Of a stretch of DNA of 64,000 bases, positions 55,574 through 64,000 are shown in pieces. Position numbers and translations under genes: made by a program. The notes under the pieces were generated by a model. The model was not told where the DNA came from. It saw nothing but the letters and a program-made list of their open reading frames with translations, and did no database searches. The DNA comes from an uncultured Chloroflexia bacterium. Its GTDB lineage: Bacteria; Chloroflexota; Dehalococcoidia; DSTF01; WHTK01. The first letter of the stretch is position 1, and every line of letters begins with the position of its first letter. The stretch covers positions 7,828-71,827 of the forward strand of contig CAVYJE010000027.1 of the NCBI GenBank assembly GCA_963768705.1, read 5' to 3'.

Positions 55574-57255
55574 ATGAGCTCGAATGCGTCTTCAGGGGTC
55601 AACGGGAACAGCATTACCGGCGACCTTGACGTGATCGTCGTGGGAGGCGGTCTTGCCGGCCTCTACACGCTCTACAAGATGCGAGAGCTGGGCCTCAAGG
55701 CACACGCATTCGAGGCCGGGGCCGGGCTCGGCGGCACCTGGTACTGGAATCGTTATCCCGGCTGCCGTTGCGACCTCGAGAGCCTCGAGTACTCGTACTC
55801 GTTCTCGCCCGAACTTGAGCAGGAGTGGCACTGGCCCGAGCGCTACGGCACTCAGCCCCAGATTCTCGAGTACATCGAGCACGTCGCTGACCGCTTCGAC
55901 CTGCGCAAGGACGTCACCCTCAATACGCGCGTCCTTTCAGCCCACTTCGACAGCACTGAGAATCTGTGGACGATTACGACCGACAGCGGAGAAAGCGTCA
56001 GCGCCCCCTTCATCGTCATGGCCACCGGTAACCTCTCGACGCCGCGAGTGCCTGACTTCCCCGGGCTTTCCGAGTTCCAGGGGCAGTGGTACCACACCGG
56101 CCTCTGGCCACATGAGGGCGTCGACTTCAGTGGTCTGCGGGTGGGCGTGATCGGTACGGGCTCATCGGGTGTGCAGTCGATCCCACACATCGCAGAGCAG
56201 GCGAGCACCTCTACGTGTTCCAGCGCACGGCGAACTACATCCTTCCCGCCCGCAATGCCCCCATGGAACCAGAGCGAGAGCGGGAGCATAAGGCTCACTA
56301 CCGCGAACGGCGAGAGGCAGCCTACGAAACGCCCTTCGGCATTGCCGGCCACCCGCCACCGACCAAGGGCGCGCTCGATGCGGCACCAGAGGAGCGCGAC
56401 GCTGCTTACGCCGCCAAGTGGGCTGCCGGAGGCAGCATCAGCTTCCTCTTCGCCTACAACGACCTGCTGCTGAACGAAGAGGCCAACGAAACAGCAGCCG
56501 AGTTCGTGCGTAACCGGATTCGGGAGACGGTGAAGGACCCGCAGACCGCAGAGCTGCTCTGCCCGACCGATCACCCTATTGGGACCAAGCGCCTCATCCT
56601 CGACACCAACTACTACGAGACGTTCAACCGCGACAATGTCACCCTGGTGGACGCCCGTAAGGCGCCGATCCAGCGCATCACCTCGAAGGGAATCCAGACC
56701 GCCGATGCCGAATACGAGCTCGACGCCATCGTGTTCGCGACGGGCTTCGACGCCATGACGGGCGCGCTCAGAGAGATCGACATCAAGGCCGACACGGGCG
56801 TCGACATCCAGAGCAAATGGGCGGACGGCCCTCACACCTACCTCGGGCTGATGATGGCCGGCTTCCCGAATCTCTTCATGGTGACGGGGCCGCAGAGCCC
56901 GGGCGTGAAGAGCCAGATGATCCTGTCGATCGAGCAGCACGTGAACTTCATCACCAACCTGCTCGCTCACATGCAGGGCCAGGGGCTTTCATGCGTTGAG
57001 GCAGAGCAAGAGGCCGAAGACCGCTGGGTCGTACACAACGACGAGGTCGCGGCCGCAACCCTCTACCCCAAAGCCAACTCCTGGTACATCGGCGCGAACA
57101 TTCCCGGCAAGCCGCGAATCTTCATGCCGTACGTTGGCGGCGTCCACACCTACAACGCGCTGTGCAACGAGATCGCGGCGAAGGGCTATGAGGGGTTCGC
57201 GTTCTCGGCTCCGTCGAGGACGACCCAGCCGATCGAGGACGTCTCGGTCGGCTGA
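55574..57255 (+). CDS. Baeyer-Villiger monooxygenase (cyclohexanone/phenylacetone type), frameshift near 56205
   Basis: GGTWYWNRYPGCRCD, FQGQWYHTGLWP (FxGxxxHxxxWP), GTGSSG, FQRT, ATGFDA, SWYIGANIPGKPR. Confidence 0.94.
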
Positions 57256-57446
57256 TTGCCACGGCTTCGAACGGTTTGCCAGGCTAGCCGAGGTCTCACC
57301 TTCCTCGAACCGGGGAGGAATTAGGGCACTTCATCCAGTCAGCCATAGGCTGGTTACGGGTCACGTCCTGTGGGCACGGCTGGCCGCGTATCTCAACCGG
57401 CATCACTGCGTAGGGCAAGTGGTCGAGCGGCCGGACTGTAGCCCGA

Positions 57447-58045
57447 TCATTTGCACGTGGGCGACGAAGTGGCTGCTGGCAGTCCTGAGCAACGCACGTC
57501 GAAAGAGCCCTTCGCGTTTGCGCCGCCAGCGCTGCTGAAGGTACCTTCACCGCCGATGATGGTTCCTCCCACATGCACTGTGAAGGTTTCATTGTCGGCG
57601 GACCAGTCTGGGTCGCCCGCTGGCCCCTTGATTGTGAGCGCCAGGCCGGTGTCGCGTGGATCAAAGTGAATGGTGATAGCGACCGATTCGTCCGCGGACG
57701 CGTGCCCATCAATGCTCACCACCGTAATTGCCTCGGACACGCTCTCGAAGTCACAGTCCCCCACTGGGACCAAATTCCACGTCTCGTCACCTACGGTGAT
57801 CTCGCCGACGCTATCCTCAGTTTCAGAAGCTGAGCCCCCAGAGGCTTCACCAGTGCCAGCTGTCGCAGTTTCTTTGCCAACTGTCGCAGTTTCTCCGGGA
57901 GATCTTCTGCCGACGCGGTCGGGCTGTCTTTACTCTGCGCTGTGTCCTCAGGAGCAGCGGTGGGCGCCGTGTCGTCGTCACCACCACAGGCCATGAGGCC
58001 GAGGAGAAGAGCACAGGAGATAAGGAGTGGCGCCGTGAGTCGCAT
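57447..58045 (-). CDS. lipoprotein of unknown function, frameshift near 57900
   Basis: Lipobox LMAC-GGDDD, Ala/Thr linker, beta-rich domain with two Cys. Confidence 0.7.
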
Positions 58046-58157
58046 GGGATGGCCTCCCTCCCTCAGACTTCCAGGAATGGTACACCCGCAGTTCAAGGGA
58101 GGCTGGCTCGGTCCTGACAAGAGGTTCTAGACGACAGCCAGCACTCTTCGCAGAGCG

Positions 58158-60640
58158 CTAAGGTCTGATCGGCAACGAGAGGCGCACCGTCGTGCCGCCG
58201 CCGGGCGTGCTGCCGATCTCGAGTATGGCGCCGATGCCTGCAGCCCTCTCGCGCATGGACACGAGACCCATGTGGCCGGGAAAGCTCGATGACGTATCGA
58301 AACCGACGCCGTCGTCGCCGACCTCCAGCACGACGGCCCCGTTGTTTGAGGAGAGAGCCACTGTTGCGCGGGAGGCTTGCGCGTGCTTGACGACGTTGTG
58401 CAACGCCTCCTGGCCCAGGCGGAAGAAGACTTCCTTCTCGTCCAGGTTCAATGGCGGCTCGGCGCCGAGGTCCGCCGTGACCTCGATGCCGTAGCGCGCA
58501 CGAGTGGCCGCCAAATGCTTCTCCAGCGCTGCGACGAGCCCTTCGTTCTCCAGCGACTCGGGCCTGAGCTCGAAGATCAATGCTCGCATTTCGGCGAGGC
58601 CGGCCTCCGCTAGAGAGAGCACATAGTCCACGGGCTGAACGGCTGCCGCTGGGTCGCGATCGAGCTGTACCCGCGCCGTTCGCGCACCAAGGGCGATGCC
58701 GTAGAGCGCCTGCGAAACAGAATCGTGCAGCTCGCGCGCCAGGCGCTGGCGTTCTTCCACCGCGGCCAGCTGCTGACCCTGCTCATAGAGGCGCGCATTC
58801 TCGATTGCGATGGCGATCTGCGTCGCGATGGCGCCGACGAGGCCGGCCTGACGCTGTTCATAGAAGTTCGGTTGGGTGTGAGACAGCGTGAGCATGCCGA
58901 TCACCTGGTCGCGGACGACAAGCGGCACAGACATCCACGAGTGGATGTCCCGGAACTCCGTCTCGAAGAGCTCGCCCGAGCCGCGTTGGTAGGCGCGGGC
59001 CTCATCACTGTCGGTCCTGACGTCATCGATAATCACCGGTTCCTGACGGAGGACGTTGGTGGCGATGGGCTCGATGTCGGCACGAGAGAAGCTGAAGCCT
59101 GAAGGGACGCTGCTGGCAGCGCTCTTGGAATCGAGCAGGACGAATCGGTCGTCCTCCAGCATGAAGATCGAGCAGCGGCTGTAGTCGGCGATGCTCCTCA
59201 CTTCCTCGATAATCAGGCGCAACAGCGATTCCAGGTCCAGGGTTGAGGCGAGCTTGTTGGAGATGCCCAGCAGGGCCGTGAGCTCCCGGGTCCGCTCCTC
59301 CACGCGTTGCTCAAGTTCCCGGCGAGCCTCGCGGACCTCAGATGTCATTTCGTTGAACGAGCGAGCAAGCGTCCCCAACTCGTCATCACCCGGCAGGTCG
59401 ATCGTGACGTCGAGATCACCTTGAGCCACGGAGCGCGTGCCGTGAGCGAGAGCCTCGATGGGTTTCAGCAGGACCTGACGGTTGAGGTACGTCGCACCGA
59501 TAAGGCCGGCGACAAAGAGCGCGCCCATCGCGACGAGCGTTGTCCGGAAGGTGCGGTTGCCCTGGTCCTCGATGCCGGCGGTGATGGCCGCAGCGGACGC
59601 GGTCAACTCCTCGACGGACGCTGCCATCGCCAGACTGCCACCGACACCCGGGATGGGCGCAAAGCCGATGAACATGTCGTTGCCATCGACCGTGACGCGG
59701 CTGACGCCCTGCTCCCCGGTCCGCATCGTATCCAGCGTCGTCTGCAGAGCGCTGTTCCCGCGCTCCGTTTCGCCGGTAACCAGATCGTAGGTGCTCCCCT
59801 TGATGATTTCGCCGTCGCGGTCCATATAGAAGGCAAAGCCGGTGGGGGTCAGCTTCAGCGTGTCCAGCTGGGTGACCAGCCTGTCGATGGACAGGTCGAC
59901 CTGGAAGGTGCCTCTGTACGTGTCGCCGTCGTAGGCCGGTACTTCGGCGGTGATCACGAGTCCTCTTCCCACCGCGTCCTCGTACGGGGTGCGCCAGTTG
60001 ATGCGTCTGTCAGGATTGCCGTCGGGTCCGACGCGCGCGGCTGACTGAGGAGAAATCGATGTCAGGCGGCGTCAGGGTTTGGACGCCGATGGGAGGGTAA
60101 TAGCGAACGACGGCGTTGGCCGTGATGAACGAGATCGCGATCGGCTCGAGATTCTCCTCCCGCAAGGACTCAGGAAAGCTCTCCATCAGCGCCGAATAGA
60201 TGAAGTCCAACGCTGCCGAGTAGGCGATATCGTCCAGGACGGCCTGGGTCACCTCGACGTAATTCGGTATCGCAACATCCGAGATCCGGTCGGGGTCCGG
60301 GTCATAGAGCACGCCACCGTCAGTGCGTGTCAAACCGCGATACGTCGACCACCGGTTGACCGCCCGATGCCTTGAAGGTCTCGATGAATGTCGCCGCTCG
60401 ATAACCCATCTCCGCGGCCGCCTCGATCGCCAGCCCGTCATAGTTGGCCTGATCCGAAACGATGGCTTGAAGAGCGACCTTACCCTGCTCTTCCAGCGCC
60501 TTCTGGCTGCGGTCGGTGGCGCTGCTCTGGGTGCGATTGAACCCGTAGAGCATGATGCCCGCCGTGGCGCCGCCTAGGAGGAGCAAGAAGAGAAGCAGCG
60601 CGATGTTGAGCTTCGTGCCGAGGCTGACGGACCGACGCAT
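58158..60640 (-). CDS. sensor histidine kinase (TM, Cache-like, HAMP, GAF, HisKA_3, HATPase), frameshifts near 60365 and 60030
   Basis: DELGTLARSFNEM, IAIENARLY, EERQRLARELHDSVSQ, QEALHNVVKHA, DDGVGF, GLVSMRERA. Confidence 0.93.
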
Positions 60641-60950
60641 GTCAGGCCGCTTCCATCACGATAGTACCGAGATTGGTCACCGCCACAGACCTGCTGCGCA
60701 CCGTCTCGGAAGGCGCCTCGCTCGATTTCCCCGGTTTCGGAAACAGGACCACTCTCGCGTGCATAGCCGCCTGATCCAAATCCCCGGGGTAAGCTGCGTC
60801 TTCGGCCTTATCAAGCGGGCCTTCGATGCAACATTGAAGGTGCTCGCTTGTCATGGCGAGTTGATTCTGTTGCGAAGAGATGGGCCTGTCAACGTACAAG
60901 GGGATGCGGCGGGGAGTAGGCAATCACAGGTGAGTCCGCATCAGCCAGCT

Positions 60951-61947
60951 TTAGCGCTCTGAGGTGATCTCAAACTCGTCGATGACTTCGCCACGGATGT
61001 TCTTGTAGTAGCCATGAGCCGACCGCGGGTCGCCGCCAACGTTGAAGTCGATGAAGAGGCTCCCGTAGGTTGCGCCCTGGTCTTCCGTATAGATGCTGGC
61101 CCACTCGCCCTTGCAGCCGTAGGGCGGATCGACGGGCCTGCAGCGCTCCTGGTCCCGAATGCTCTTGCCGCCAAGTCCGGAAACGAAAGCGAAGGTGGCG
61201 CCATCTGCGACTCTCAGGCTGTCCGTGTCTGGCCAGGCTTCGTCGACGGTCTGGTGCTCCATGTCAGTCAGCGTCCTGGTCCGCGAGTACGAGTGCTCGT
61301 GAGCCGTGGCAACAATGGCGCCGAGCTGACGACAGAATCTCGTAGGCCCCCCAGCCCACCTCGTCGCTCTTGCCCCCCGCCTGCATCGCTCTTTGGTCCT
61401 TGTGCCAGGCGCACACCCGCCAGATCGAGTCGTCCTCCTCCAGGGCGTTCGTGAGGAAGTCCTCGTGCCCGGTGCCCAGGGTTCCGACTCCGGAGAGCAC
61501 GATGAACAACCCTCGGAACTTGCACGCGGCATTGACGCCGAAATCGCCTGTGCAGCTGACTTCGGGAGAGGTACCGAGACGCCTTTTGAAGCCTGCCTGA
61601 TACGCCGGCCAATCGCCCAGATCGTGGTTGCCGACGACGGCGAGCACGGGCAAGTCTGGTCCAAGCACGCGATCCAGCAAAGCCTCCCACCGGTCGGGCG
61701 CCTCTTCATAATCAAAGTCGCCGAGGACGACAAGGAGGTCCGCCCCTTCGCCGACCACGAGCTGCAGCACGGCCTCGGTATTGTCATTGAGGCCCATGTC
61801 CCCAACAAAGGCCACGCGCAGACCCTCTGCCGTGGACTGCGTGCCGGGCCGGCCGACTGGGATCGGACGCTCGTCATGGCAAGACGCCGCGAGCAGAAGC
61901 AGGGGAAGGACAAGGACGATCAGTCCCCAAGAGCGTAGCCGCCTCAT
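60951..61947 (-). CDS. secreted/lipoprotein metallophosphoesterase, frameshift near 61335
   Basis: AFVGD, LGDFDY, GNHD, AWH, HEHSYSRT, FVSGLGG. Confidence 0.85.
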
Positions 61948-62243
61948 GCACCCAAGACTACATCGGGGCACAGGAACGTTGCTGCAGAAGCACCACTGCA
62001 ACGGGGAGAATTAGGGAAACCACGCACCACCATCTATTTATAGTCGACAGTTCCATCACGGTTCTAGCCGGCCTCCAGAACAGTGGAACGACGTCCGGGC
62101 GCCCGGCCATGAGCCGTCACGATGGGGGACATTAGGGAAACTACTGATACATCGGCCCCCAGCAGGCCGGCATCACCGCCGGCTTCACGTCCCAGTGCGG
62201 CTACGTAGAGGTCCTGCCCGGCACGCAAAGCAGCATGCTGTCT

Positions 62244-62272
62244 TTGACAGGCCTGCGTGCTGCTGTTAAGTT
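62244..62272 (+). promoter_or_regulatory. sigma70-type promoter of the rdhA-like gene
   Basis: TTGACA - 17 bp - TAAGTT; inverted repeat gcacgca/tgcgtgc (62221-62260) spans the -35 box; GGAGG at 62284. Confidence 0.6.
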
Positions 62273-62297
62273 TGCGGCCATTCGGAGGACAGTGCAG

Positions 62298-63609
62298 ATG
62301 GCAATCGATCAGGCTCCCGCCGAAACGACAACTGCAAACACATCCGGAAGCGAGACGGACTTCCCCACGCCCTACCTCGGCCGTACCGTCCGCATTGTCG
62401 GACCCGTCGAGAACGTCGATCCGAAGACGCTGCCGCATGCGAAGGCTGGGCGGGGCGAACTTGGCAAGGCCGTATTCAACTGGCGCAACAACACAATCTC
62501 GGCTGACCCACTGGCTCGGGTTGCCTATGACACCCACGCGGCCGACCCGAACAACCACATCAACACGCTGCTTCGCAAAGGCAAGCCCGGCGCCGTCAAC
62601 CCGCGCCGGTTGCCCGTCAACGACGCGAAGGCGATGTCGCGTCATATCAAGAAGGCGGCGCGTGATTTCGGCGCGGATGTCGTTGGTATCGGTAAGACGC
62701 ACCCGGCCTTTCTGTACGCGGGCAACTACCTCGACAGTGGCACGGGCGTTGGTGACTCGCTCTCTGATACGCCCGAGGCGCTCGCGAAACGGCTGCCTCA
62801 TGTCATCGTGGCCGTCGCAGCCTGGGACTATGACCTGATCCAGGCACATCGACACCACATCGGGGATGCCGCATACGACTTCACGCTGCTCAAGACGAGC
62901 ATGACCGTCAGCGCGCTGGAGGGTTACATTCACGAGATGGGCTACACGGCAATCCGGAATGCCGTGAACCCGCAGGCCGCCGCGCTGGCTGCGGGTGTCG
63001 GCGAGCTTGGCCGCAACGGCATGATCATCACGGAGAAGTTCGGGCCGCGCGTGCACATGTACGACGCCATCCTCACGGACCTACCGCTGGTCGCCGACAA
63101 GCCGATCGACATTGGCGTCGAGGACTTCTGCAAGGTGTGCCGCAAGTGCGCCGTGACGTGCCCAACGAACAGCATCTCATTCGAAGGCAAGCAGGTCTAC
63201 AACGGCGTCGAGAAGTACAAGATCAACTGGGAGACCTGCTATAAGCTCCGGCCTCTGGTGGCCGACCACTGGGGCCAGTGTCTGACCTGCGTCACCGTCT
63301 GCCCCTACACGAAACCAAACAAGTGGTGGCGAACCCTGGCGATTCAGTCGCTGAAGCGCACGCCCCTTCGGTTGCGGTCCCTCGTCGCCCGCGGGCTGAA
63401 ATTGCTGGACGACCGCGTCTGGGGTGTGATCCCGAACAAACGGGTACGCTGGCTGGGACTACGACACGGGAATCAAGCCCGGCGAAAAGGCCTGCACGAT
63501 TGCCGGCTGCACCGCTGACCATGCAGGCGCTTCGTTCGTGCCAACTGAGGACATCGGTTTCTACATACCGCTCAAGGAAAACACAAACCGCTTCGTGAAG
63601 CGCGGCTAG
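62298..63609 (+). CDS. reductive dehalogenase-like cobalamin/2x[4Fe-4S] protein without Tat signal, frameshift near 63458
   Basis: HIKKAARDFGADVVGI, AGVGELGRNGMIITEKFGPRV, LTDLPLVADKPIDIGVEDFCKVCRKCAVTCP, C...CLTCVTVCPY. Confidence 0.85.
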
Positions 63610-63615
63610 CCTCTC

Positions 63616-64000
63616 ATGCTGAGTTCTCTCTGGTCTCGCATTCGCCGTCAATCGGATCCCTACGAGGACTTCTACCTCAACGCAGGCGTCGCAGACCCTC
63701 GAAACCTCATCGTGAACCGCATCCGGGAGGCGCCGGAAGGCAGCGTGTTCGCGGTCAAAGCCGAAACGCACACGCCGGAGGTGATGGCATCTCATATCAA
63801 GGAGTTGGGCCGCTTCTTCGGCGCGGACCTCACAATCATCGCCAGCACTGGGGGATTGGGAATCGAGACCCTCAAAGCGGACGAGTCAGCGGATGCCCTT
63901 CGCGGTCTTCTGCCTCTTTGAAGCCGACCACGACCCGCGCGAGGCCCCGGGCATCGGTGGCCATGTTGCGGCCCTCAAGGGCGCCTTCGCGACCTTCCAG
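63616..64000 (+). CDS. second RdhA-fold-like protein, truncated by the window edge, frameshift near 63900
   Basis: PEVMASHIKELGRFFGADL parallels AKAMSRHIKKAARDFGADV of the upstream gene; starts 6 bp after its stop. Confidence 0.65.

Noticed and set aside
62060-62290. Cobalamin riboswitch upstream of the rdhA-like gene
   Set aside because: AGGGAA and GCCCCC-like words occur, but I could not find the B12 box or the conserved stem order.
62298-63609. Epoxyqueuosine reductase QueG
   Set aside because: Fe-S spacing (FC..C.KC...CP and C..C...CP) and the GELGRNG/DKPIDIG context fit RdhA better, and the QueG-typical YGCDxCQxxCPWN motif is absent. Not excluded without an HMM search.

Overview
GC-rich bacterial chromosome segment. 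The gene set (Rex, ScpB, AmaP/Asp23, a c-di-AMP riboswitch, monoderm-type lipoproteins, LigXa-type Rieske paralogues, an RdhA homologue) suggests a free-living Chloroflexota, probably Dehalococcoidia-like; this is inference. It holds about 50 genes: treY-treZ-glgX, a YciI/ECF sigma pair, rex, tyrA, aroA-gmk, a DUF4012/tyrosine-kinase/PPNTG surface locus, tsaD, mtaB-amaP-scpB, recF, fabF, many oxidative and hydrolytic catabolic enzymes, a sensor kinase and a Tat-less reductive dehalogenase-like gene pair at the right edge. Roughly half the genes, including tsaD and fabF, carry single-base frameshifts, most likely long-read assembly errors. There is no rRNA, tRNA, CRISPR, IS or prophage. Intergenic DNA is full of at least seven palindromic REP-like families and heptamer tandem repeats, some nested. 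Most notable: (1) REP-like elements translated in frame inside treZ and mtaB and apparently supplying an ECF sigma start codon; (2) a c-di-AMP riboswitch with terminator ahead of a cytidylate-kinase-like protein of unknown function; (3) an apparently split catalytic plus partner RdhA-like pair; (4) a membrane-tethered LuxR regulator; (5) a three-domain Rid fusion; (6) widespread leaderless genes. All protein calls come from motif recognition by eye, with no database searches.
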